From Phycisphaerae bacterium (GTDB taxonomy: Bacteria > Planctomycetota > Phycisphaerae > UBA1845 > Fen-1342): DNA of 64,000 nt. Of this stretch, positions 26,065 through 35,504 are shown one piece after another; positions within the stretch are counted from its first letter, which is position 1, and the number at the start of each line of letters is the position of its first letter. Location: NCBI GenBank assembly GCA_963675745.2, contig CAXXWX010000015.1, forward strand, positions 288,001 through 352,000, given 5' to 3'. The notes under the pieces were generated by a model that saw only the letters and a program-made list of their open reading frames with translations, was not told the DNA's origin and searched no databases. Both the position numbers and the translations under genes were made by a program.

Positions 26065-28590
26065 ATGTACTTACTCGCGATGTGCATCGTTTCTCTCACT
26101 GCCACGTCGGCAATTGAGCCACATATCGAACAGCTCGAAAACGGCCTGACGGCGATCATCGCCGAAGATCACGCCCTGCCGCTGGTCAGCGTGCAGCTTT
26201 GGTACGGCGTCGGATCGGCGATGGACCCACCGGAATACCCGGGCCTGTGCCACGTAGCGCGAGCGCTGCTGGAGGATAGCGATGACGCGGCACTGAAACT
26301 GCGTGCGGCGGGCTTGCAGTTCTGGAGTTGGACCGACTGGGACGCTGTCACGTTCAGCACGCTGCTGCCACCGGAGTCTCTGGATTACGTGCTGGGGATC
26401 GAGGCACGACGGGCCTGGCGTGCGATCGTTGATGACCAGCTACTCAGAGATGCGATCCAGTCGGCGGCACGGGCGGGTGAAAACGTGGTGCGCGCCGAAG
26501 CCTACGAGCGGCGGAATTGGCTGATGCCACCGTTGTTCGGCGACCACCCCTATGGCCATCCGCCAATGTTCGTCGCGCCGGCCCTGACCGACATCGACAC
26601 GAACACGGTACAGGCGTTCCTCGACCGCTGGTTTGTCACCGGCGGCGCGACACTGGTGGTGTATGGCGACGTTGACCACGAGGCGGTAGCAAAGCGCGTG
26701 CGAGTGCTATTCGCGGAGTTGCCAAAACGGATGCCGCCGCGGCGCAAACAGGTGCCGCGGCCGGAAAGTGAGCCGATTCCGCCACTGGCGCTGACAGGGC
26801 AAAACGCGATGGTGGACATTGCGTGGGTCACGCCGCCGGCGGGATCTTATGAAAACCCGGCGATCGCGGTGCTGGTCGCGCACCTTGCGAACGCGAGCGG
26901 CGGCCCTTTGAACCAGCGGCTGCGCCCGTTGGGCTGCATGCCGGTAGGGTGGTACTGGCGCCGCGGTCAACAAGCCAGCACCATTCGCATAGCCGTAATG
27001 TCGTCGCAGGGAATGCCGTGGGCCGACGAGATGCCGCCGACCGAGGCCGACGCCCCGCGCGACCCGATCGCGTTGCGCGACCGCATCGCCGAGGTGGTAC
27101 ACGAGGTGTTGGAACACGCCGTCGATGAGCCGCTGGCGCCGGTTGAGCTTCGACGGGCGCGCGCGCTGGCACTCCAGAAGGTGCAACCGTGGGGCGATTC
27201 GCTCTCCGCCGCCGCGACGCAACTGGGCTGGCAACAGGTGGTGACTGGCGACGCCGGCGGGCATGCGCGGCTCGTTGAGCTCATCGAGACTGTGACGGTT
27301 GATGACGTGCGCATCGCGGCGCGGCGATTGCTCGCGGCGCGAACGACGGCGCTGGTGACATCACCGATACTGGACTCCGCCGCGGCCACCGCATTTCCGG
27401 AGCCGCTGAAAGGCGTCCCCCCCGAACGATTGGACGGCCCCGCCGCGCTGCGGCTGCTGGCCACGTACGCCGACGGCGCACCGTCGCCGGCGGCGCCGGC
27501 GCGCTCGCCACGCGTGGATACGCGGCAGATTGCGGACGGCGTGAAGCTGACCGTCTGTCGCATTCCGGGGCGGGCGAGCGCAGCGGTCACCACGCTGGCG
27601 TCGCCGCGTGACTGGAACCTCTCGATGGCCCTCATGGGCCCGCCGACGGGGCGTTTTTCCTCTGAGGAGCTGTCGGAGTATCTGAGTCTGCATGGGCTGA
27701 CAAAGCACGCGGCGCGGACAACGCGCGACTCGGGCTTGTCGTCATATGGCCCGGCAGACAAGGCGCCGCAGATGATCGAGCTGCACGCCGACACGATGCG
27801 CGGGCTGATGAAGCCCAGCGACGTCGAGATCATCGGGCGAGCCGCCGCCGCGCTGAAGACCTCGCGCATCTGGGTCATCGTTGTCGGGGGCGTCGATATT
27901 GACAGCGTTTTCAGCACCACTTACGCGGAGTGGTCCGAGTTCGAAACAGAGCCCCCGGCGGAAGCCGCGGCCGAACGCCCGGACTGGCCGGAAGGAACGC
28001 GCGCGACAATCCGGAATGATACAGACTTCCGCGACGGCGCCTTGTCGGTGAGTCTTCCCACGCGGCCGCTGGCGATGCGTACGATTGCTGATCGGATCAC
28101 CAACGCCGCGGCAACGTGGTGTGTTGGCGTACCCGAGGGAACCGTCAAGCGGATCGACCGCCGGCATGCGTGGCGTTGGCATTGGTGGGCCGGCAATCTC
28201 GATACGGAGGGTTACTTGGGCACAATGGTCGCCCCGGACGGGGCTTGCGAGGCAATCGACTCGCTCGCGCGGAGCATACGGCAGATGCGCCGCGGGCAAC
28301 TCGGTGCCGTCGAGGCGCAGCAGGCATTGCGGCTGGCGTGGATGCAGCACCTGCTGGCGCTCGACGACAACGCGGCGATCACCCGCGCGATCATCGAGTG
28401 CGACGGCTCGCCGTGGCAGGTTGACCCCGGCAGCGTGACCGTCGAGCAGCTTGCACAGGCGCTGCCGGGCATGGTCCGCGAGGCGCCGTTGTCAGTGACC
28501 ATCGGCGCGGGCAACTGGTCCGACGAGCAGATCGAGCGGCTGCGCAAGTGTGTGGAGGCGGTGCAGCTCACCGATGAGACAAGCGAGTGA
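26065..28590 (+). CDS. M16 (insulinase/pitrilysin)-fold protein lacking the catalytic HxxEH motif
   Basis: LENGL, VSVQLWYGVGS.MDP, LFGDHPYGHP and LVVYGDVD. The Zn-motif position reads GLCHVARAL. GGGGAGG RBS. Confidence 0.75.
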   Translation: MYLLAMCIVSLTATSAIEPHIEQLENGLTAIIAEDHALPLVSVQLWYGVGSAMDPPEYPGLCHVARALLEDSDDAALKLRAAGLQFWSWTDWDAVTFSTLLPPESLDYVLGIEARRAWRAIVDDQLLRDAIQSAARAGENVVRAEAYERRNWLMPPLFGDHPYGHPPMFVAPALTDIDTNTVQAFLDRWFVTGGATLVVYGDVDHEAVAKRVRVLFAELPKRMPPRRKQVPRPESEPIPPLALTGQNAMVDIAWVTPPAGSYENPAIAVLVAHLANASGGPLNQRLRPLGCMPVGWYWRRGQQASTIRIAVMSSQGMPWADEMPPTEADAPRDPIALRDRIAEVVHEVLEHAVDEPLAPVELRRARALALQKVQPWGDSLSAAATQLGWQQVVTGDAGGHARLVELIETVTVDDVRIAARRLLAARTTALVTSPILDSAAATAFPEPLKGVPPERLDGPAALRLLATYADGAPSPAAPARSPRVDTRQIADGVKLTVCRIPGRASAAVTTLASPRDWNLSMALMGPPTGRFSSEELSEYLSLHGLTKHAARTTRDSGLSSYGPADKAPQMIELHADTMRGLMKPSDVEIIGRAAAALKTSRIWVIVVGGVDIDSVFSTTYAEWSEFETEPPAEAAAERPDWPEGTRATIRNDTDFRDGALSVSLPTRPLAMRTIADRITNAAATWCVGVPEGTVKRIDRRHAWRWHWWAGNLDTEGYLGTMVAPDGACEAIDSLARSIRQMRRGQLGAVEAQQALRLAWMQHLLALDDNAAITRAIIECDGSPWQVDPGSVTVEQLAQALPGMVREAPLSVTIGAGNWSDEQIERLRKCVEAVQLTDETSE

Positions 28591-28697
28591 GCGACGCAGG
28601 GTCGCTTGGGCGCGAGCGTGCAAACCGACGCATCAGCGCCGTGCGGCCTGAACTCCACGGCTCGTAGACGCGCGCGAAACGCGTATAATGCAGCGGT

Positions 28698-28795
28698 AGT
28701 TAACAGTTAACAGTTAACAGTTAACAGTTGGCAGTTGGCAGTGGGCAGCCCCGTTTCTGCATTCTGCATTCTGCATTCATCATTCCAAATTCAGC
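28698..28795. repeat. Heptamer tandem repeats (AGTTAAC/AGTTGGC)n then (TTCTGCA)n upstream of serS
   Basis: Four AGTTAAC, two AGTTGGC and one AGTGGGC, then three TTCTGCA plus degenerate units. Follows a TATAAT at 28684. Confidence 0.9.
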
Positions 28796-28810
28796 GAGTA
28801 ACGAGCGCCC

Positions 28811-30088
28811 ATGATCGACATCAAGCTCATCCGCGATAACCCCGACGCCGTCAAGCAAGCCGTCGCCGACAAGCACATGGCGGTGGATATCGACGGCCTG
28901 CTCGCCGCCGACGCGCGCCGCCGGGAGATTGAAACCGAGTTCAACAACCTGCGCCACGCCCAACGACAGGCCGGCGAGCAGATGGCCAAGGCCGACAAGC
29001 AGGAGAAAGCCGCGCTCGGCAAATCGCTCAAAGAGCTGAAAACACGGCTCCAGGAGCTGGGCAAGGAGCAGGAGGCCGCCGAAGCCGACGTGCAGGAGCT
29101 GATGCTGCTCGTGCCGCAGATCCCACACCCCGACGCGCCGCGCGGACCGGATGAGTCCGGCAATGTCGAGATCCGCCAGCATGGCAAGCCAAAGACCAAG
29201 GCCGACTTCGGCTTCGAGCCCAAGGACCACCTCGAGCTCGGCACCGCGCTGGGCATCATCGACATCGAGCGCGGCGTCAAAATCGCCGGCTCGCGAAACT
29301 ACGTGCTGTGCGGGGCCGGGGCCATGCTGCACGAGGCGGTTTTGCGCCTGGCGTGGGACATCATGGTGCAGCGCGGCTATACGCCGCTCACGGTGCCGGT
29401 GCTGGTGGGCGATCGGCTGATGTACGGCACGGGCTTCTTCCCGCTGCACGAGGAAGAGGTCTATCGCTGCGAGCGCGACAACCAGAGCCTGGTCGGCACG
29501 GCCGAGGTGCCGGCGACGGGCTATCACGGCGACGAGATTCTCGACGCCGCCGAGCTGCCCAAGCGTTACGTGGCGCGCAGCACGTGCTTTCGGCGTGAAG
29601 CCGGCGCCGCGGGCAAGGACACGCGTGGCTTGTATCGCATTCACATCTTCGACAAGCTGGAGCAGGTGATTGTCTGCCGGGCCGACGCGGACGAGTCGGC
29701 GGCGTTGCATGAAGAGATCATCGCCAACGCCGAGGCGGTCTTGCAGGCGATGGAGCTGCCCTACCGGCTGATGGAAGTCTGCACCGGCGACATGGGTCAG
29801 GGCAAGTTCCGCATGTTCGACATCGAGACCTGGATGCCCAGCCGCGAGGCCTACAGCGAGACGCACAGCGCCAGCGCCCTGCACGACTTCCAGGCCCGCC
29901 GCCTGAACCTGCGTTACCGCGACGCGGAGACCGGCAAACCGGAGTTCTGCTACACACTGAACAACACGGTAGTCGCCTCACCACGCATCCTGATCCCACT
30001 GATTGAGCTCAACCAAAACCCCGACGGCAGCATCACCGTGCCGGTGGCGCTGCGGCAATACATGGGCGGGACGGAGAAGATAACGTAA
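28811..30088 (+). CDS. serS: Serine--tRNA ligase
   Basis: MIDIKLIR coiled-coil arm, GTAEVP, CFRREAG..GKDTRGLYRIHIF.K.EQ, DFQARRL and TLNNT. Confidence 0.98.
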   Translation: MIDIKLIRDNPDAVKQAVADKHMAVDIDGLLAADARRREIETEFNNLRHAQRQAGEQMAKADKQEKAALGKSLKELKTRLQELGKEQEAAEADVQELMLLVPQIPHPDAPRGPDESGNVEIRQHGKPKTKADFGFEPKDHLELGTALGIIDIERGVKIAGSRNYVLCGAGAMLHEAVLRLAWDIMVQRGYTPLTVPVLVGDRLMYGTGFFPLHEEEVYRCERDNQSLVGTAEVPATGYHGDEILDAAELPKRYVARSTCFRREAGAAGKDTRGLYRIHIFDKLEQVIVCRADADESAALHEEIIANAEAVLQAMELPYRLMEVCTGDMGQGKFRMFDIETWMPSREAYSETHSASALHDFQARRLNLRYRDAETGKPEFCYTLNNTVVASPRILIPLIELNQNPDGSITVPVALRQYMGGTEKIT

Positions 30089-30190
30089 CCGGCGGACAGG
30101 CGACCACCCGTAGCGGCCGACGCCCCCCTCGGCCGTGGATGGGCAGGTGCCACGCTCAGATCGCTGACAAACCTCAGCTATTCTGCCAAG

Positions 30191-30496
30191 TCAATGCCCG
30201 CTACAGAATGGGGGCAATGCAGACGAAGGATTTATCCCGCCGCTTGGCGGTCGAGATAGCGCGCTGCGCGCGAACTGCTCCGTTTCTGGCAGCACGTTTT
30301 CCCACCCTCGAGAACGCACTTCATCCAACGCCTTTGCCTCGAAAGAACTCAAACCACTGCGCATCGCATTGAATTGGCGCTCGGCGCCTTGCTGCGCTTC
30401 TGGCAGCATGGACACATCGCGAGAGAGCCAACGAAAAGTGTCTTGCTTTGCTTTCGGCAGATACTTCATGTACTCAAATTTCTGGTGATCTAACAT
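30191..30496 (-). CDS. Small hypothetical protein (101 aa)
   Basis: ATG preceded by AAAGGGG RBS and a near-consensus sigma70 promoter. No recognisable domain. Confidence 0.5.
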   Translation of the reverse strand: MLDHQKFEYMKYLPKAKQDTFRWLSRDVSMLPEAQQGAERQFNAMRSGLSSFEAKALDEVRSRGWENVLPETEQFARSALSRPPSGGINPSSALPPFCSGH

Positions 30497-30522
30497 GTCG
30501 CACCCCTTTCAGCTCACGGCGA

Positions 30523-30551
30523 AATATACCTTGCGGCAATGACGCTTGCAA
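30523..30551 (-). promoter_or_regulatory. Putative sigma70 promoter TTGCAA-N17-TATATT
   Basis: Read on the - strand, about 26 bp upstream of the ATG at 30496. Confidence 0.55.
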
Positions 30552-30630
30552 GAAGAAACTGCGCCTCCGTAATCGGAGGGGTGCGTGACACTTGCGGCGG
30601 GACGTTGGCAGCGGTGGTCCGGTGAAGCTT

Positions 30631-31245
30631 GCCCCAGAGGGGCATGGGGCCGGTGCCACGGGTGCAGCGCAGCGTAACCCGTGAGCACGGTCTGCTCAGC
30701 CGCGACTCTTCGCCCTGAAGGGGCGCAGGCGCATGGCCACGGGTGAAGCGCAGCGTAACCCGTGAGCACGGTCTGCTCAGCCGCGACTCTTCGCCCTGAA
30801 GGGGCGCAGGCGCATGGCCACGGGTGGAGCGCAGCGCAACCCGTGGATAGGATGCGGGCTGACATGTCATTCCGCCCCGCAGGGGCGGGGGAGGCGCGCA
30901 GGCCGGGGACCTTCACGCGATTGCTCTATCACGTGGCCTTCAGCACCAAGCACCGCGCCGACCTCATCGCCACGGAGCTGCAACCACGCCTGTACGAGCA
31001 CGTCGCAGTTCGAGATCGTGCGGCGATATATCCAAGTTCAGGCGGCGTATCATGGTCGACGAGGATTCGTGGAGGAGCCGAAGGCGTTGCTGGACGCACA
31101 CGGGATCGAGCACGACGCGCGATACCTGGAGGGCTGAGCGCATCCTCCGCCGCCCCTGCGGGGCGGAGAGCTTGTGGTGGCGGACCGTGTCCACGGGTTC
31201 CGCTGCGCTCCACCCGTGGCTACGCGCCCACGCTCCTCCGGAGCG
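30631..31245 (+). mobile_element. Degenerate IS200-like/RAYT element: palindromic arms (left arm with tandem 81-bp duplication) flanking a deleted tnpA
   Basis: GCCACGGGTG.AGCGCAGCG.AACCCGTG at 30655, 30736 and 30817 (period 81). Inverted right arm TCCACGGGTTCCGCTGCGCTCCACCCGTGGC near 31190-31220. Confidence 0.8.
30900..31137 (+). pseudogene. tnpA: Internally deleted IS200/IS605-family (Y1/HUH, REP-associated type) transposase
   Basis: After a GGGGGAGG RBS, the expected start reads AGG, then PGTFTRLLYHVAFSTKHR..I..ELQPRLYE. This joins out of frame to SQFEIVRRYIQVQAAYHGRRGFVEE..ALLDAHGIEHDARYL*. The central HUH segment is missing. Confidence 0.85.
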
Positions 31246-31524
31246 AAACGCTCGTGCCCGGGCCGCTGGCACGGATGACCACACGCCGCCGATTCTGTCA
31301 CGGACCCTAATCGGAGTGGCAAGCGGTCACAGCGGCTCGCGGTAACCTGTCCGTCGCACACCCTCTACTTCACGGCAGCTGGCATGCAGAAACCACGAGT
31401 GGCCGTTGAGGTGCCCGTACGTCGGCTGCGCCTTCCCCGATTCGTTGCATCCGGATAGTCTCTCAAGTCGGTCGCCCGTGCCCCACGACAGCACGGCGTG
31501 TTGCAACCTCACTGGAGTTGGCTG

Positions 31525-32241
31525 ATGAACGACCAGACGGCCACGCCCGCCGCGCGCATCTCGAAACGGCAGGCCGCGATCGCCCTGCTGCTGCTGGTGC
31601 CCGCGCCGACGCTTGGCGTGACCATGGCCTTCTGGATCGCGCCCGGCCCGCTCGGCAAGGCCATCTATTTTCTGAGCAAGCTGTGGATTCTCGCACTCCC
31701 CGTCGCGTGGCTGCTCATAGTCGAGAAGGGGCGACTTTCGCTCTCACCCGCGCGGCGCGGCGGCTTTGGCTTCGCCGTCTTGTCGGGCGTGATCATCGGC
31801 GCGGCGATCCTGGTCGCCTACGCCACGTTCGCCGCGGCGCTGATGAGCCCCGCCGCCCTGCGCGACCTGGCAACCGCTAACGGCTTTGACACGCCGCTGA
31901 CATACCTCATCCTGGCGGCGTACATCACACTGGTTAACGCGCTGCTCGAAGAATACGTCTGGCGCTGGTTCGTATTCACTCGCTGCGAAGCGCTGATGCC
32001 CGGGCGCGCGGCCGTGGTAGCGGCGGCAGTCGGCTTCATGCTGCACCATATCTTCGCACTGCGCGCCTTTGTGCCCTGGGGCCTGACCGCCCTCGGCGCG
32101 GGCGGCGTGCTGGTCGGCGGTGTCATCTGGAGCTGGTGCTACCTGCGCTACCGCTCTATCTGGCCCGGCTACGTCAGCCACGCGATCGTCGACGTCGCCG
32201 TCCTCGCCATTGGGTGGCACCTGTTGTTCGGCGCGGCGTGA
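31525..32241 (+). CDS. CPBP (CAAX/Abi) family intramembrane metalloprotease
   Basis: EEYVWR, FMLHH and SHAIVD motifs. Multi-TM. Confidence 0.88.
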   Translation: MNDQTATPAARISKRQAAIALLLLVPAPTLGVTMAFWIAPGPLGKAIYFLSKLWILALPVAWLLIVEKGRLSLSPARRGGFGFAVLSGVIIGAAILVAYATFAAALMSPAALRDLATANGFDTPLTYLILAAYITLVNALLEEYVWRWFVFTRCEALMPGRAAVVAAAVGFMLHHIFALRAFVPWGLTALGAGGVLVGGVIWSWCYLRYRSIWPGYVSHAIVDVAVLAIGWHLLFGAA

Positions 32242-32316
32242 GAATTACTGAATAGTGAACCTCGCACCGCAAGATTCGGGTGGTTGGGCCGCCGACGACG
32301 GCGTACATTCGACCAC

Positions 32317-33207
32317 ATGAATACCAAACGAAACGAGAAACCGCGTCTTACCGACTACGACCGCATCGGGATTGCGCTGAGCCACCTCGATCACAACCGC
32401 CGGCGTTCGGTCCCGCTGGCCGAGTTGGCCGCGGCGGCCGGGCTGAGCACCTTCCACTTCCAGCGCCTCTTCACGCGCTGGGCCGGCATCAGCCCCAAGC
32501 GCTTCGCCCGCTACCTTCAACTGGACGACGCGCGGCTGCTGCTGCGCGATGCCCGCTCGGTCCTCGATGCGTCTCTCGACATCGGCCTGTCGAGCCCCGG
32601 CCGCCTCCACGACCTGTTCGTCTCGATCGACGCCGTGACGCCGGGCGAGTTCAAGGCCCGCGGCGCAGGTCTGACGATCCGTGTCGGGACGCACGACAGC
32701 CCGTTCGGGCCGTGTCTGCTCGGCGTGACTGAACGGGGCATCTGCTGGCTGTCGTTCGCCAGCGCCGAACGCGACGGCCTGGCGGAGCTCCGCGCGACGT
32801 GGCCGGCCGCGACAATCCGCGACGACTCCAGGGGGACCAGCGCCTATGCCGGCAGGATTTTCTCGCTGCGCCCACAGGCGTCGCGCCGGCCGCTGCGGCT
32901 CCTGGTCGGCGGCACGAATTTCCAGCTCAAGGTCTGGGAGGCGCTCATCCGTATTCCGCCCGGCCGGCTGACAACCTACGCGGACGTCGGTGAAGCGATC
33001 CAACGTCCAACAGCCGCCCGTGCCGTCGGCAACGCCGTCGCCGCCAACCCGATCTCATACCTGATCCCGTGCCACCGGGTCATCCGCCGCATGGGCATCG
33101 TCGGCGACTATCGCTGGGGCCGCCGGCGAAAGAAGACCATGATCGCCTGGGAAAACGTCCGCGCTGGCGAGACGCCCGGTGATTCCCCGCGGCGGCAAGA
33201 CGGTTAA
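32317..33207 (+). CDS. ada: AraC-HTH plus methylated-DNA--protein-cysteine methyltransferase (Ada-like, without the N-terminal Zn domain)
   Basis: LSTFHFQRLFTRWAGISPK, GTNFQLKVWEAL, ARAVGNA and IPCHRVI. Confidence 0.88.
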   Translation: MNTKRNEKPRLTDYDRIGIALSHLDHNRRRSVPLAELAAAAGLSTFHFQRLFTRWAGISPKRFARYLQLDDARLLLRDARSVLDASLDIGLSSPGRLHDLFVSIDAVTPGEFKARGAGLTIRVGTHDSPFGPCLLGVTERGICWLSFASAERDGLAELRATWPAATIRDDSRGTSAYAGRIFSLRPQASRRPLRLLVGGTNFQLKVWEALIRIPPGRLTTYADVGEAIQRPTAARAVGNAVAANPISYLIPCHRVIRRMGIVGDYRWGRRRKKTMIAWENVRAGETPGDSPRRQDG

Positions 33208-33307
33208 CCTCGCCTCCGCTGGCACTCTGCCGGGTTTCGACTATCCTTAGCGGCGTCTGAGCAGTTGATACAACCGCAACACACGCGCCTGGCTGGAGGA
33301 TACCGCC

Positions 33308-34363
33308 ATGATGGACAATGTACTGAAGCACCTGGGTGACAAGGCGAATGCGCTGCTCGACCACAAGTGCAACACGATCGCCAGGGAAAACCTGCACCTG
33401 CCCGGGCCGGACTTCCTTGATCGCGTCTTTATCAACTCCGACCGCACGAACCGCGTGCTCAATCGGCTGGCGTGGCTGTATCACCACGGGCGCCTGCGCG
33501 GCAGCGGCTATCTCTCGATCCTGCCGGTCGACCAGGGCATCGAGCACTCCGCCGGCGCCTCATTCGCTCCGAATCCGCAGTACTTCGACCCGGAAAACAT
33601 CGTCAAGCTCGCGATCGAAGGCGGCTGCAACGCCGTGGCCAGCACGTTCGGCGTCCTCGGCATCGTCTCACGCCGCTACGCCCACAAGATTCCCTTCATC
33701 GTCAAGATCAACCACAACGAGCTGCTGGCCTATCCGAACACGTATGACCAGCGCATGTTCGGGCTGGTCGAACAGGCCTGGGACATGGGCGCCGCCGGCG
33801 TCGGCGCGACTATCTACTTCGGCTCCGACGAGTCCGCCCGCCAGATCGAAGAAACCGCCGAGGCGTTCCAGGCCGCCCACGAACTCGGAATGTTCACCGT
33901 CTTGTGGTGCTACACACGGAACAACGCGTTCAAAAAGGACGGCGTCGACTACCACACCGCCGCCGACCTCACCACGCAGGCCAATCATCTCGGCGTCACG
34001 CTTCAGGCCGACATCATCAAGCAGAAAGCCCCAACCACCAACAAGGCGGGCTTTACCGCGCTGAACTTCGGTAAGACCAACAAGCTCGTCTATGAGAAAC
34101 TCTCCAGCGATCACCCGATTGACATGACGCGCCTGCAAATCGCCGGCTGCTACATGGGGCGCATCGGCCTGATCAACTCGGGTGGGGCCTCGGGCGACAA
34201 CGACTTCCAGGATGCCGTCGAGACCGCCGTCATCAACAAGCGGGCCGGCGGCCAGGGGCTGATCAGCGGGCGCAAGGCCTTCCAGCGTCCGATGAAGGAC
34301 GGGATCGCCCTGCTGAACGCAATCCAGGATGTCTATCTGGCCAAGGAGATTACCGTCGCGTAG
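33308..34363 (+). CDS. fbaB: Class I fructose-bisphosphate aldolase (FbaB/DhnA type)
   Basis: [31 protein letters not shown] and [10 protein letters not shown]. Confidence 0.96.
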   Translation: MMDNVLKHLGDKANALLDHKCNTIARENLHLPGPDFLDRVFINSDRTNRVLNRLAWLYHHGRLRGSGYLSILPVDQGIEHSAGASFAPNPQYFDPENIVKLAIEGGCNAVASTFGVLGIVSRRYAHKIPFIVKINHNELLAYPNTYDQRMFGLVEQAWDMGAAGVGATIYFGSDESARQIEETAEAFQAAHELGMFTVLWCYTRNNAFKKDGVDYHTAADLTTQANHLGVTLQADIIKQKAPTTNKAGFTALNFGKTNKLVYEKLSSDHPIDMTRLQIAGCYMGRIGLINSGGASGDNDFQDAVETAVINKRAGGQGLISGRKAFQRPMKDGIALLNAIQDVYLAKEITVA

Positions 34364-34388
34364 CGCGCCAGCGACGCGTGGATACAAC

Positions 34389-34420
34389 AGTGCCCCACCG
34401 GATGGTGGGGCACTTTTTTT
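34389..34420 (+). terminator. Intrinsic terminator after fbaB
   Basis: GTGCCCCACC-GGAT-GGTGGGGCAC followed by T7. Confidence 0.85.
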
Positions 34421-34448
34421 GTTGCGCGGTAGCCCAGGGGAGAAGCAG

Positions 34449-35183
34449 CTACGCCACACGGCGCCTCAGACAAGCGATGGCGCCGAGGCCAAGCACGCCC
34501 AGCATCGTTGCGGTCGGCGTTGGGATAGGCTTGGCGGTGGCGCGGACCTCGACGACCACGTCGTTGTAGTCGCCGATGCCGCCAAACGCGTCTTCCCAGA
34601 ACAGCGCCCAGGTGGTCCAGCCGTCGTCGAGCCCGGTGATCTGGTAGCTGACCATCCAGTCTATGCCGAGGAAGTTGTCAGCAGCGCGCGACGAGTGTGT
34701 GTGCGCGCCGCGCTGGTGCGCAAACCGCCAGGTGGAACCGCTGGCATCGACCATGCTCATCGAGCCGGTGGTGGCGAACCCATAGCCGCTGACGTCAAAG
34801 AGCTTGTTGTATGAGCCGCCGCTCGCACCGCCAAAGAACCCGAACGATTGATTCGGCAGTATGGTGTACTTGGCGCTGGCGTGTGCCTCGATGAAACCAT
34901 CGTCGAACACCTGGTCGTCAGCGGCGCCCGGCGTGCCGTTGACGATGTTCATGATCCCACCGAGGCCTTTGTCGTCGATGCGTGTGGCGGTAATCGCCCC
35001 GTTCGACCAGTCCACGCCGTTGCCATCCAACGTGAATGACCCACCATAAATACCGGAGAGGATGTCACCGTGGCCCAGCTCTCCCGGGAACGGCGCGCTC
35101 ACCGATGAGAAATCCGCGCTGACCGGCGCGACAAGCGCAAGACACAGCGCCACCGGCATAACTACTTTGCCTGCGTTTAGCAT
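34449..35183 (-). CDS. Secreted PEP-CTERM-like protein with a DUF4114-like C-terminal motif
   Basis: Signal peptide, FWED....GDYNDVVVEV, and C-terminal IPTP + TM + RRR sorting-type tail. Confidence 0.8.
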   Translation of the reverse strand: MLNAGKVVMPVALCLALVAPVSADFSSVSAPFPGELGHGDILSGIYGGSFTLDGNGVDWSNGAITATRIDDKGLGGIMNIVNGTPGAADDQVFDDGFIEAHASAKYTILPNQSFGFFGGASGGSYNKLFDVSGYGFATTGSMSMVDASGSTWRFAHQRGAHTHSSRAADNFLGIDWMVSYQITGLDDGWTTWALFWEDAFGGIGDYNDVVVEVRATAKPIPTPTATMLGVLGLGAIACLRRRVA

Positions 35184-35504
35184 GATCTGCCCCTTACCGT
35201 CTCCCCAGTTGGGGGGAGATGCCCTTACGAATCGCGATATGGACCGCACACTCCCTGTCACGCGTCTTGGTGACTTGTGCCCGGCGCCCTTTCACCGGGT
35301 GTGCGATGCCCTGTCTCCTGTGCCTCAGTGTATCCAAACGGCCGCATACAATGCAATACCAGAGATTGTCTGCCGTCACGCACGCGCGAGGAGATGACAT
35401 GCGCGGGCCAGCCGGCTACCGGAATGGCACGGCGCTTGCTGTTTGCACGGGCAGATTGGTACGATGAGCCTGTAAACGGACAGTGGTGGGTGGAGATGGT
35501 TCTG

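Noticed and set aside
30655..30846. Three regularly spaced palindromic repeats resembling a mini-CRISPR
   Set aside because: The intervening sequences are identical (an 81-bp tandem duplication), there are no cas genes, and the repeat is the arm of the tnpA relic.
30762..31310. 182-aa track ORF as an intact transposase
   Set aside because: Only about 35 codons match TnpA. The rest is translated REP arm and out-of-frame sequence, and HUH is absent.
31525..32241. CPBP/Abi protein as an anti-phage or bacteriocin-immunity system
   Set aside because: A widespread membrane protease family, with no precursor peptide or defence context adjacent.
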